The notes: generated by a model not told the origin, from the sequence alone. A stretch of DNA of 64,000 nucleotides from an uncultured Acidobacteriota bacterium (GCA_963724695.1 CAVRVW010000007.1:46503-110502), one strand, 5' to 3'; positions 45,302 to 54,918 are shown, counted from the stretch's first letter. Numbers and translations are program-made.

Positions 45302-46533
45302 ATGCCGTCCTCCTCCCCAGAAGTCGTTCAGCCGTTCGAGTTTGTGCCCCGTACGCGGGTCGTCTTCGGGTCCGGAGCGTTCTCGAAGCTCGGCGATCTG
45401 GCCGCCGAGCTGGGCTTCACCCGAACGCTCCTCGTGGCCGACCCCGGACTGGTCGCGGCCGGCTACGTCAGCCGCGCCGAGGGCCTGCTGACCGAGGCCG
45501 GGATCGCCGCCTTCGGCTTTCACGACTTCGACGCCAATCCCGACAGCCGCATGGTCGAGGCTGGACGCCTCGTCGCCTCCTCCAGCCAGGTCGACTCCAT
45601 CGTCGCTCTCGGCGGCGGCAGCTCGCTCGACTGCGCGAAGGGGATCAACTTCCTGCTGACCGGCGGCGGCACGATGCGCGACTACCGGGGCTTCGGCAAG
45701 GCGAGGCGGCCGATGCTGCCGTCGATCGGCATCCCGACCACGGCCGGCACCGGCAGCGAGGCGCAGAGCTACGCGATCATCTCCGACGCCGAGACCCACG
45801 CGAAGATGGCCTGCGGCGATCCGGGCGCGGCGTTCAAGGTCGCCATCCTGGATCCGCAGCTGACGACGACCGCGCCGTCGGGTGTGACGGCGATCGCCGG
45901 CTACGACGCGCTGTCGCACGCCGTCGAGGCGTACGTGACGACGAAGCGCAATCGCGTCTCCGCTCTCTTCGCGGCGACGCCTGGCGGCTGCTGGCGTCGA
46001 ACTTCACCCGGGTTCTCGAGGCGCCGGACGACGAAGCGGCTCGCGGCGCGATGCTCCTCGGATCGCACGAGGCAGGGATCGCCATCGAGCAGTCGATGCT
46101 CGGCGCAACACATGCGCTCGCCAATCCGCTCACCGCGATGCACGGCACCATCCACGGCGTGGCCATCGCCGTGATGCTGCCGCACGTGGTGCGGTGGAAC
46201 GGCGACGTCGTCGGGGAGCAGTACGCGGAACTGCTGCGCGCCGTGGGAGACGACCTGGCCACACCGGTCACGGCTGGTGCACGGCTGGCGGACCGTCTCT
46301 GGACGCTCGCGCGGCTCGGCGGCCTGCCCTCGACGCTCGGCGAGATCGGCGTCTCGCTCGCCGAGCTGCCGGCGCTCGCGGCCGACGCGGCCACGCAGTG
46401 GACGGGGACGTTCAATCCGCGGCCGTTTGGAGTTCAGGACGCCCTGGAGCTATATGGAAGGGCGATTCGAACTCACCACGGTTCAAGGTTCAAGGTTCAA
46501 GGTCCAGGGTGCTGGTTGAACCCTGAACCTTGA
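45302..46533 (+). CDS. iron-containing alcohol dehydrogenase, one frame break near 45960-45975
   Basis: Pieces 45302..46174 (GGGSSLDCAKGINFLL, IPTTAGTGSEAQSYA, GYDALSHAVEAY) and 46051..46533 (GATHALANPLTAMHGTIHGVAIAVMLPHVV). The last ~20 codons are read from the ggttcaagg hairpin. Confidence 0.8.
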
Positions 46534-46537
46534 ACCG
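46479..46537. repeat. hairpin of ggttcaa words overlapping the ADH 3' end
   Basis: cggttcaaggttcaaggttcaaggtccaggg - tgct - ggttgaaccctgaaccttgaaccg. Confidence 0.85.
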
Positions 46538-46549
46538 CAAGGATCATGA

Positions 46550-47854
46550 ATGACTGACGTCGTCGTCATCGGCGGCGGCCCGGCGGGGTCGACCGCTTCG
46601 ACGCTGATCGCGCAGCACGGGCATTCCGTGACGCTCTTCGAGCGCGAGCACTTTCCGCGCTTCCATATCGGCGAATCGCTCATCCCCGAGACCTACTGGG
46701 TGCTCAAGCGGCTGAACATGCTGCCGAAGATGCAGCAGAGCCACTTCGTGAAGAAGCACAGCGTGCAGTTCGTCAACGCGCAGGGCAAGCTGTCGGCGCC
46801 GTTCTACTTCTGGGACAACAAGCCGCACGAGTGCTCGCAGACCTGGCAGGTGGTGCGGAGCGAGTTCGACCAGATGATGCTCGACAACGCGCGCGAGCAC
46901 GGCGTCGACGTCCACGAAGGCGTGCGCGTCGTCGACGTGCTGTTCGACGGCGATCAGGCGAACGGCGTCGCGATCCAGAACGACGGGCGGCGCGAGGACC
47001 GAGGTCCGCTGCAAGGTCGTCGTCGACGCCAGCGGCCAGAACGGCCTGCTGCAGAACCGCTTCAGGCTGCGCGTCTGGGATCCGATCCTCAACAAGGGCG
47101 CGATCTGGACGTACTGGAAGGGCGCGTACCGCGACACCGGCCGCGACGAAGGCGCGACGATGGTGCTGCAGACCACCAACAAGAAAGGGTGGTTCTGGTA
47201 CATCCCGCTGCACGACGACCTGGTCAGCGTCGGCATCGTGTCGCCCTTCGACTATCTGTTCAAGGGCCGCGGCGACCAGGAGCAGACCTACCAGGAAGAG
47301 GTCGCGCGGTGCCCTGCCGTCACCGATCGCGTCTCGAAGGCGACGCGCGCGACCGGGTATTTCGCCACGAAGGACTACTCGTACCGGGCGACGAAGGTCG
47401 CCGGCGACGGGTGGGTGCTCGTCGGCGACGCGTTCGGCTTTCTCGATCCGCTCTACTCGTCCGGCGTGCTGCTCGCGCTCAAGTCCGGCGAGCTGGCCGC
47501 CGACGCGATCGTCGAGGGCTTCCAGAAGAGCGACCTCTCGGCCGCCCAGCTCGGGAACTGGGGTCCGGCGTTCAACGACGGCGTGGACCGCATGCGCCGC
47601 CTGGTCTGCGAGTACTACGACGGCTTCAGCTTCGGCAACTTCGTCCGCAACTACCCGCGACCTGCAGGGCACCGTCACCGATCTGCTGATCGGCGATCTC
47701 TTCAACGAGCGCGTCGACAAGGTGTGGCCGCCGATGGAGTCGCTCTACCCGCCGGACAAGCGGGCGATTCCGAGGTGGAACGCCGGCACGCCGCCGGAGA
47801 TTGCCGAGAACAAGGTCAACGAACTGTTCTCTGCCCGATGGCGCAAAGCCCTGA
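46550..47854 (+). pseudogene. FAD-dependent oxidoreductase (geranylgeranyl reductase / flavin halogenase-like fold), three frame breaks
   Basis: VVVIGGGPAGSTAS dinucleotide motif (piece 46550..47689). The middle is in the frame of 47160..47873 (VVVDASGQNGLL..., GDGWVLVGDAFGFLDPLYSSGV). The tail DLQGTVTDLLIGDLFNERVDKVWPPMESLYPPDKRAIPRWNAG is in the frame of 46831..48411. Comparison with the duplicate at 49441 places the true end at LPDGAKP-stop (TGA 47852-47854). Confidence 0.75.
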
Positions 47855-47905
47855 GGGCAAACTTCGAAGTTAGAAGTGAGAACGACGAAGGACACTGCTG
47901 GCGAG

Positions 47906-48152
47906 CGGGGCGAGGCCTGCCGGCTGCCGCCGGACGGCGTCGTGCGCCGGGAAGATGGCCGTTGCTCGTACCCTCTTCAGTTTCCACGGCGACTAAGGGG
48001 TCAACCTGCCGAGGGCCACTCACGGCATGCACCGACATGGCTTTCGCGAGCGCCACGGATCGCGGAGGCCGAAGTCGCCGTGCGGAATCGCGACGGCCAT
48101 CTTCCGGTCACGGAGCGCGTCGGCGCACGACGACGCCGGCGTCATCCGGCAC
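47906..48152 (+). repeat. structured non-coding element, copy 1 (candidate ncRNA or MITE-like element)
   Basis: The termini pair (ggggcgagg...cctcgcccc). Internal helices are ccgggaagatggccgt/acggccatcttccgg and cacggcgact/agtcgccgtg. The invariant core ggccactcacggcatgcaccgaca is shared with copies 2 and 3. Confidence 0.6.
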
Positions 48153-48358
48153 GCCTCGCCCCGATCGAAGAGGCCTCACGCAGCCGTCAGTCGAGTCCGA
48201 AAGAACTGGAGTACCCAGCGGTCTACTACCAGGTGTTGCACCAACCGTAAGTGTCATTGATGCTAACGACATAGCCAAGAAGGAAGCTGTAACCGGTAAG
48301 TCCCTGCGCAAACTTAAAGCTAGTTGGTACGCAACCGGGCAGGCTCCTGCACAGATAC

Positions 48359-48691
48359 TTGGAGAGCAAGAACATGTTGCCCGAAGGCTGGGTTCAGCCT
48401 GCCGTCCCTAGTCTCTACTGGATTCCTCTCAGTATAACGATGCTGATGGGGGCACCGTTCGGATTGCTCGGCGGAGCGGCGGCCAGGCGCTTCCTCAAGC
48501 CCGCGGACTCTCGGCGTTGGTCGCGCACTGGGGCCGTGGTCGAGATGGCTCTCAGCGGAGCGTGGTGGTCATTCTCCGCGATATTGCCTTCGTGGGGGTT
48601 TCCACCGACTCTAGTACGAAGCCTTATCGGTGCGGTGCTCATAGCGGCTCTCTGTGAATGCTGTATTGCCTTCGGTCGCAAAGTAGTCTGA
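48359..48691 (+). CDS. small membrane protein, hypothetical, in lower-GC islet
   Basis: 110-aa ORF with three hydrophobic segments (LYWIPLSITMLMGAPFGLLGGAA; VVEMALSGAWWSFSAILP; LIGAVLIAALCECCIAF). The surrounding DNA is visibly less GC-rich than the rest of the window. Confidence 0.45.
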   Translation: MESKNMLPEGWVQPAVPSLYWIPLSITMLMGAPFGLLGGAAARRFLKPADSRRWSRTGAVVEMALSGAWWSFSAILPSWGFPPTLVRSLIGAVLIAALCECCIAFGRKVV

Positions 48692-48867
48692 CTTAGCTCA
48701 GGGTTGTTCTCCGATCTCAGGCTTGGACTCCGTAAAGAAGGTCTCGAGGCGGTGCGTTACCCGTGCCAAAGCCGTTACCGAGCCCCAACACGACGGGGCC
48801 CATGCCCTAGATGTTTAGTCCCATGGTGTGGTGGTGAGACGATTGGCCTCACCGCCAAGGAGACGCT

Positions 48868-49440
48868 ATGGGCCAGGTACTCCACGGAAGCGCCACGACG
48901 ACTCACGCCGTCCGAGCAGCGGTACAGCGATCGAAGGCTTCGCTCCAGGCGCTGAGCGAGCGGCACGGAATCAATCCAAAGACCGTCGCCAAATGGCGGA
49001 GGCGCGTCAGTCCTGAAGACTGCCGAATGGGGCCAAGGGTGCCGCACTCGACGGTGCTGTCGGCTGAGGAGGAGACCCTCATCGTCGCGTTTCGTCGACA
49101 GACACTGTTGCCTCTCGATGATTGCCTCTACGCCCTGCAAGCGACCGTCCCACACCTGACCCGGTCCTCCCTGCACCGCCTGTTTCAGCGCCAGGGCATC
49201 AGCCGCCTGCCGAATGCCGAGGGCACGCGCGTGCGTCGGAAGTTCAACAACTATCCGATCGGGTACATCCACATCGATCTCGCGGAGGTCTGGACGGACG
49301 AAGGCAAGCTCTATCTCTTCGTCGCCATCGATCGCGTGAGCAAATTCGCCTTCGCGGAATTACACGCACGAGCGACCCCTCGGATTGCGGCGGACTTCCT
49401 GCGTCGGCTGATCGAGCATGTCCCGTGCACGATCCACACG
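48868..49440 (+). mobile_element. IS481-family transposase, N-terminal remnant (about 190 aa), truncated after ...VPCTIHTV
   Basis: MGQVLHGSATTTHAVRAAVQRSKASLQALSERHGINPKTVAKWRRR...TLLPLDDCLYALQATVPHLTRSSLHRLFQRQGISRLP...YPIGYIHIDLAEVWTDEGKLYLFVAIDRVSKFAFAELHARATPRIAADFL matches the conserved N-terminal half of IS481-type DDE transposases. AAGGAG lies upstream of the ATG. The expected LTDNG...DDE continuation is missing, and the ORF instead reads into a duplicated host-gene segment. Confidence 0.8.
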
Positions 49441-49632
49441 GTCTGGCCGCCGATGGAGTCGCTTTACCCGCCGGACAAGCGGGCGATTCCGAGTTGGAAC
49501 GCTGGCACTCCTCAGGCGATCGCAGAGAACAAGGTCAACGAACTGTTTCTGCCTGAGGGCGTAAAACCTTGAGGGGAACTTCGAAGTTAAAACTTAGAAC
49601 TACGAAGGACACCGTTGGCGACCGGGGCGAGG
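49441..49632 (+). repeat. diverged direct duplicate of 47722..47915 (3' end of the FAD-oxidoreductase gene, its terminator word and the edge of the structured element)
   Basis: gtctggccgccgatggagtcgctttacccgccggacaagcgggcgattccgag...gagaacaaggtcaacgaactgtt aligns base for base with 47722 onward, with scattered substitutions. It encodes VWPPMESLYPPDKRAIPSWNAGTPQAIAENKVNELFLPEGVKP-stop in frame with the transposase remnant. Confidence 0.85.
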
Positions 49633-49872
49633 GGGGCGGATGAGCGGCGTCGTCGTGCGCGACGCACTCCGTCAACGGAAGGTGGCCGGCGCGATTCCTC
49701 ACGGCGACTTCGCTGTCCGCGATCCGTGGCCGTGGCGTCAGCTGTGTCGGTGCATGCCGTGAGTGGCCGTCGACGGATTAGCCCGTAGTCGCCGTGGCAG
49801 CGGCAGGACACGAGCGACGGACAGCTTCCCGGCGCACGACGCCGACGGCGGCAGACGGCACCCCTCGGCCCG
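49623..49872 (-). repeat. structured non-coding element, copy 2 (inverted relative to copies 1 and 3)
   Basis: The reverse complement carries the core ggccactcacggcatgcaccgaca, ggatcgcgga, gaagtcgccgtgaggaatcgcg and the pairing cacggcgact/agtcgccgtg. It is flanked on both sides by direct copies of the 34-nt word cttcgaagt.agaacttagaact.cgaaggacac (49579, 49889). Confidence 0.6.
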
Positions 49873-49931
49873 AACGCCCTCACGGGACCTTCGAAGTCAG
49901 AACTTAGAACTGCGAAGGACACTGACTGCGA

Positions 49932-50594
49932 TCACCACCCCGCCCCATGGTCATACGTGGACTTGTTGCCGGGATGGATTGAGAACTGCCCGTAGCAGAG
50001 CTTGCGGAGAATCGACGCCGGTCGCAGGTGCCAGCTCGCCCAACTGAGGGGCGTGTCTCCGTTCATGTCCTTCGCCTCCCGATCGGCGCCCGCGCCCAGG
50101 AGTAGATCGACGGCCCTCTCGGTGCCGAACGCCGCAGCCCGATGCAGCGGCGTTTCGCCCTTCGTCCGGACGTCGCGCATGAAGCCACCCGTCTCGACCC
50201 CTGTCCTCGTCGCGCTGTTTGGATTCGCGCCACCCGCGAGCAGGATCTCGACGACGTGGTCGTAGATGGGCCGGTTGGCCTTGCAGAGCGCCGTGTGGAG
50301 CGGCGTCTCTCCGGTGTCGGGCATCGGGTGGTTGACGTCGGCGCCGCGCTCGACGAGGAACTGGCACAGCTGCCAGTGTCCATGGAACGCCGCGCCGTTC
50401 AGGTCGAGGTTCTCGCCGAGCGAGGCGAGCGACTCGCCGTTCGCGAGGAGATACCGGATCGCGCTCACATCGCCGTAGTACGCACACCACTCGATGAGTC
50501 GCGTGCCATGCTCATCCGCCGAAGTTGCCGCATGCCCCTGGGCGACGTGGTCGAAAACCAGGTCGGTCCGTCCGTCCCGTATTCGCTGCAGCAT
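49932..50594 (-). CDS. ankyrin repeat protein
   Basis: 220-aa intact ORF with ankyrin repeats, for example GETPLHTALCKANRPIYDHVVEILLAGGANPN, GETPLHRAAAFGTERAVDLLLGAGADREAKDMNGDTPLSWA. Confidence 0.85.
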   Translation of the reverse strand: MLQRIRDGRTDLVFDHVAQGHAATSADEHGTRLIEWCAYYGDVSAIRYLLANGESLASLGENLDLNGAAFHGHWQLCQFLVERGADVNHPMPDTGETPLHTALCKANRPIYDHVVEILLAGGANPNSATRTGVETGGFMRDVRTKGETPLHRAAAFGTERAVDLLLGAGADREAKDMNGDTPLSWASWHLRPASILRKLCYGQFSIHPGNKSTYDHGAGW

Positions 50595-50636
50595 CTCTGT
50601 CCTTCTTACTTCTCACTTCCAAGTTCGAACTTCCCG

Positions 50637-51437
50637 CTAGAGTCCGCTAGGGCCAAAGCGGGTTCCAGCCGGCATCTTCAGGCCGAAGTACTCCTCGAGC
50701 ACGCGGAGCAGCTCCTCTGCGGAGGCGATCCGGCGCACGTCGCTCGACCCATCAGCCTTGCGGATCGTGAGCTCGTTGTTGAGCAGCGTGTACCGACGGC
50801 CATCCGGCACCGCCAGCGCTGCGACGAGCCGGTTCTTGAAGTGCGACTCCGGGTGCGCGCTGGTGTACCAGTTGGCGAGCACGCGATCGATCTGGCGGCA
50901 TCTCCTCGAGGGTGAACTCGTTGATGTCGGACCATTCCTGGCCGAAGCGGACCTGGTGGTAGAGCAAGCCGCCCTCGCGGACGATCGGCGGGTGTCGTGC
51001 GGGGTCGCCTGCGGCTCGACGGTATTCAGGCGGATCGCCGAGGTGAGCGAGAGCCCGCCGATCCCCACATCCGCGAGCCAGGACTCGCCGTCGATCTCGA
51101 CGCGGAGGAAGAGGTGCGTCCGCGCCGGCGTCACGCTGCGCGGCTGCTGCCAGCGCACCCTGGCGCTGATCGGCACGGCCTTGAAGCCGAGCGCCTCGAG
51201 CACGAGCAGGAGCAGCCCGTTCTGCTCGAAGCAATACCCGCCCCGCCGCTGGCGCACGAGCTTGTCGAAGAGCGACGCCGGATCGAGCGCAATCGGCCGC
51301 TCGAGCAGCACGTCCAGGTTCTCGAACGGAATCGAGCTCGTGTGCGCGAGCGAGATGGCGTTCAGGACGTCCAGCGTCGGCTCACGCGGGCCCTGGTATC
51401 CGATGCGTTCGAAGTAGCCGTCCAGATCGATGCTCAT
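50637..51437 (-). pseudogene. arylamine N-acetyltransferase, two compensating frame breaks in the middle
   Basis: MSIDLDGYFERIGYQGPREPTLDVLNAISLAHTSSIPFENLDVL and the catalytic-Cys block RRGGYCFEQNGLL. The central segment IVREGGLLYHQVRFGQEWSDINEFTLEEM lies in the frame of 50752..51234. The C-terminus ANWYTSAHPESHFKNRLVAALAVPDGRRYTLLNNELTI is back in the first frame. Confidence 0.8.
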
Positions 51438-51474
51438 TCAGTCCTCGAAACACGCTGCGGATCAAAGCGACCTT

Positions 51475-51736
51475 GCGACGGGACGGGAGAGGCCGGCTCC
51501 GGCGTCGGCGTCCTGCGCCGGGAAGCTGGCCGTCGCTCGTACTCTATCGGTCACGCGGCGACTATCGGGCTCATCCATCGCGGGCCACTCACGGCATGCA
51601 CCGACACGGGTTACCCACGCGTTCTGGATCGCGGAGAACGAAGTCGCCGCGCGGAATCGCGACGCCCACCTTCCGGTCACGGAGTGAGTCGGCACGAGGA
51701 CGACTCCACCGGAGCCGACCTCTCCCGTCCCGTCGC
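51475..51736 (+). repeat. structured non-coding element, copy 3
   Basis: The terminal pairing differs in sequence from copy 1 but is still complementary (gggacgggagagg...cctctcccgtccc). The internal helix cgcggcgact/agtcgccgcg shows a double compensatory change relative to copies 1 and 2. The core is the same. Confidence 0.6.
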
Positions 51737-51794
51737 AACTGACTTCGGGCTCCCCGTGAGGGTGCAGTGTCCTTCGTAGTTCTCACTTCTAAGT

Positions 51795-53298
51795 TCAAAC
51801 TTCCCTGAAGAGCCACGTCCATTCGAAGGGATCGAGATCCACCTGCGATGCCGAGCGCCTCGATGTCGACTGATTGAGTCGTCGATCCCAGGTTGGCCAG
51901 CACCAGTATCTCCTCGTGCTCGTGCTGCCTGGTGAGCGCAAGGATACGCGGGTTGCCAGCGTCGATGAACGCGACCGAACCGCGCCCGAACGCGGGATGT
52001 TGACGCCGCGTGGCGATCATCCGCTTGATCACTGACAGCAACGACTCCGCGCCGTCGCCCCTGTCAGCAATGTCCAGGACCGGCCGAAGCTCCTGTCGTT
52101 CAACGTCCTGCCATCGCATCGGCAGCCGCAGGCCATCCCGATCCGGCAGCCCGATATCGTCGCCCATGCCAAGCTCGTCGCCGTAGTAGATGACGGGCGA
52201 GCCTGGCAGCGAGAAGAGCAGCGCGAACGCGAGCTCCACGCGCGCGAGATTGCGGCCCAGGAGCGGCGAGAGCCGGCGCCGCACGCCGCTGATGAGCCGC
52301 ATGCCCGGCTCAGGCCCGTACTCGTCGAGAAGCTGCTCGAGATCCGGGTCCTCGACGCTGGAGAACGACAGCTCGTCGTGGTTCCGGAGGAAGGTCGCCC
52401 ATTGCGCGCCGGCGGGCAGATTCGACGCGGCCGTGACCACCTCCACAATCGGGCGCGCATCCTGACGGGCGAGCGCCAGGAACAGCCGGTGCACCAGGGG
52501 GAAGTGGAACGCCATCTGGCACTCGTCGCCGTCGCCGAAGTACGACCGGATGACGTCGAGCGGCTGGTTGGCTTCCGCGATGAGGATCCGATCCTCGTAG
52601 GCCTCGTCGATCGCTGCCCTGAGCCGCTTGATGAACGCATGCGTCTCCGGAAGGTTGTCGCAGGCCGTGCCCTCGCGCTCGAAGAGATGCGGGATCGCGT
52701 CGAGCCGCAGGCCGTCCACACCCAGATCGAGCCAGAAGCGCATGACGTCGAGCACGGCGTCCTGTACGCGCGGGTTGTCGAAATTCAGATCCGGCTGGTG
52801 GCTGAAGAAGCGGTGCCAGTAGAACGCACGGGCCTCGGGGTCCCAGGTCCAGTTGCTGGTCTCGGCGTGATGAAAGATCACGCGCGCATCCGGATAGCGG
52901 TCGGCGGTCTCGCTCCACACGTAGAAGTCGCGCTCGGCCGAGCCGGCCGGCGCGCGGCGTGCGGCCTGAAACCACTGGTGCTCGTCGGAGGTGTGGTTGA
53001 TCACCAGTTCGGTGATCACTTTGATGCCGCGCTCGTGGGCCGCCGCGACGAAGCGCCGGCAGTCTTCGAGCGTGCCATAGCGCCGGTTCACGACGCGATA
53101 GTCCGCGATGTCGTATCCGCCGTCCCTGAGCGGCGAGTCGTAGAACGGCAGGAGCCACACGCACGTCACGCCCAGCAGCTCGAGGTAGCCGAGCTTCTCG
53201 ATGAGTCCCCGAAAGTCGCCCACACCGTCACCATCGCTGTCGTGGAAGGTGCCCACGTGGAGCGAATAGATGACCGCGTCCTTGTACCAGTCGCTCAC
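51795..53298 (-). CDS. treS: trehalose synthase (maltose alpha-D-glucosyltransferase), probable frame break near 51850
   Basis: WYKDAVIYSLHVGTFHDSDGDGVGDFRGL, LLPFYDSPLRDGGYDIADY, YWHRFFSHQPDLNFDNP, DGLRLDAIPHLFEREGT, ECQMAFHFPL, FLRNHDEL and SLPGSPVIYYGDELGMGD. As written the ORF runs on to 51589 through the repeat element. A shifted frame gives a TreS-like end VDLDPFEWTWLFREV-stop at 51795. Confidence 0.85.
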
Positions 53299-54044
53299 GC
53301 CCGCCTCGGCCTCAGGTCGAGCAACCGCTGAAGGAACACGTCGATGGCGAGCTGGTTCGAGAGGCAGAAGGGCGCGAGCGTCGTGCCGCGCGTCCCGACG
53401 TGGACCGCCAGCAGGCGGTTCGGCGGCAGCGCGCCAAATGCGTCCTCGTCGGTGTCATCGTCTCCAACGAAGATCGCGAGGTCACAACCGAGCAGGCGCT
53501 GCACCCTCCGGAGCGCCACGCCCTTGTTTGGCGCACCCGCCGGCACGACGTTCACGGCCTGGCTGCCCGCGACGACCCTAGTCCCGCGAAGCGCATCCAC
53601 CGCTGCGTGAACCTCCCGGATCACGCGCGACTTGTCGCGGGACTTCCGGTAGTGGACGGTCAGGGAATACGTCTTCTGTTCGACGAACACGCCCGCATGG
53701 CCGGCCAGCGCGTCCCTGAGCGTGCGCGCCCAGCGCGCGACCCGGGACGCGTACTCGGGACGTTCGCCCCAGGGCTCCATCCCATGGTTTCCGGAGAGGT
53801 GCCGCACGGGCACCGATCCGATTCGTGCGGCAAGATCGGCGCGGCTTCGGCCGGAGATGACGACACAGGGATAGCGGCGGGCAACGGCAGTGAGGAGCCG
53901 GCGCGTGGACGGCCGCATGCGGGCCTGATCGGGAGTTTCAGCGATCGGCGCGAGCGTGCCGTCGTAGTCGAAGCCGACGACGACGCTGGAGAGGGCGAAG
54001 CGGCGGAAGGCGGGTTCGCAAGCGCTCGAGAGAATATTGGGCAC
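53295..54044 (-). CDS. otsB: trehalose-phosphatase (HAD-IIB)
   Basis: VVGFDYDGTLAPI, VVISGRSRADL, LSGNHGME, VEQKTYSLTVHYR and FVGDDDTDEDAF. The stop overlaps the treS start. Confidence 0.85.
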   Translation of the reverse strand: MPNILSSACEPAFRRFALSSVVVGFDYDGTLAPIAETPDQARMRPSTRRLLTAVARRYPCVVISGRSRADLAARIGSVPVRHLSGNHGMEPWGERPEYASRVARWARTLRDALAGHAGVFVEQKTYSLTVHYRKSRDKSRVIREVHAAVDALRGTRVVAGSQAVNVVPAGAPNKGVALRRVQRLLGCDLAIFVGDDDTDEDAFGALPPNRLLAVHVGTRGTTLAPFCLSNQLAIDVFLQRLLDLRPRRA

Positions 54045-54047
54045 GAG

Positions 54048-54121
54048 TCTCAGCCGAAGCCTGGAGCCTGGAGTCTGACGCCTGGAGCCCCAGAAGCCCG
54101 GAGGCTGAAGGCCGAAGCCTA
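54048..54121. repeat. array/hairpin of gaagcc/ggagcc words
   Basis: tctcagccgaagcctggagcctggagtctgacgcctggagccccagaagcccggaggctgaaggccgaagcc. Same family as 61515-61775. Confidence 0.75.
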
Positions 54122-54915
54122 TTATCGTTCTTCGACGAGAATCTTGCCGGTCAGGAGCGAGCTCAGCGTGTCGTTCAGCTCCTGCTCGTTGCCCGCGGCC
54201 AGCACGAGGCCGCCGGCGTCACGGACGCTGTCGAACCGGCTCGCCGCGATGTCGAACGCGACGAAGTACACCGACGGGCGCTCTTCGGGAGGCCGTCTCG
54301 CCAGCGCGGCCATGACGTCCTCGGGCTCGTGACCGTCCGTGTTCTCGCCGTCGGTGACGACGAGCAGGTGCCGCTTCGTCAGGCCCGAGCGGTCGAGGAC
54401 GCGCTTGCCCACGACCACGGCCTCGCCGATCGGCGTGCCGCCGCGCGCCCGCAGCCCGGCCAGGGCCGTTCGGCCTGCCGCGGGTCCGCCGGCGACAAGC
54501 CGATGATCTCGCGTGTGTCGTCGCCGCTCGAGTTGCTGAACTCGTAGAGGCCGACGAGCACCGGCTCCTCCGGATGCGCGCTGGCGTAGGTCGCAAACTG
54601 CTTGATCAGGGCGAGGGCCGACCGCTTGGCGATCTCGATCTTGGGCGGGCCGCCCTTCTGCACCGGATCGGCCATGCTGCCCGACACGTCCATCAGGACC
54701 AGCGCGGCGATGCCGTCCTTGGTCGCGGGGAGCACTTCCGACGGCGTGAGGTCGTCGGCGATGCGCTCGATGCGGCGCTCGGATCTGGAGCGCCCGGCCT
54801 CGGCGTCGGCCGCCGCCCGCTCGGCCGGGCTGGGTGCGAACTGGGCAATGAAGACCGCCCAGACCACCACCGCTGCGAGAGCGACCACGATGCGCGCCGA
54901 ACGGCTGATGGCCAC
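54122..54915 (-). CDS. membrane-anchored VWA domain protein, one frame break near 54400-54440
   Basis: TM segment IVVALAAVVVWAVFIAQF and MIDAS motif ALVLMDVSGSM (piece 54379..55269). The C-terminal piece 54122..54418 reads HLLVVTDGENTDGHEP...VYFVAFDIAASRF. The GTG at 54915 is a tentative start. Confidence 0.7.
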
Positions 54916-54918
54916 GCT

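Noticed and set aside
47876-48250. Protein-coding reading of the structured element (ORFs 47876..48250, 49587..49922 and 51430..51687)
   Set aside because: The three copies conserve nucleotides, not a frame. Shared peptide strings (GHSRHAPT..., PLTACTD...) fall in different frames in different copies, and the variable segments carry non-triplet indels.
48170-48360. tRNA gene or att site at the edge of the lower-GC islet
   Set aside because: By eye I could not fold a cloverleaf or find the conserved GTTC..A T-loop or D-loop motifs. I recognised no tRNA or rRNA anywhere in the window, although a tRNAscan/Infernal run would be needed for certainty.
47906-51736. Integron attC sites / gene cassette array for the structured repeats flanking small accessory genes
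   Set aside because: The elements are about 250 nt, far longer than attC sites, and lack the R''-L''/L'-R' GTTRRRY architecture that I could recognise. The flanked genes are in mixed orientation, and no IntI integrase gene is present.
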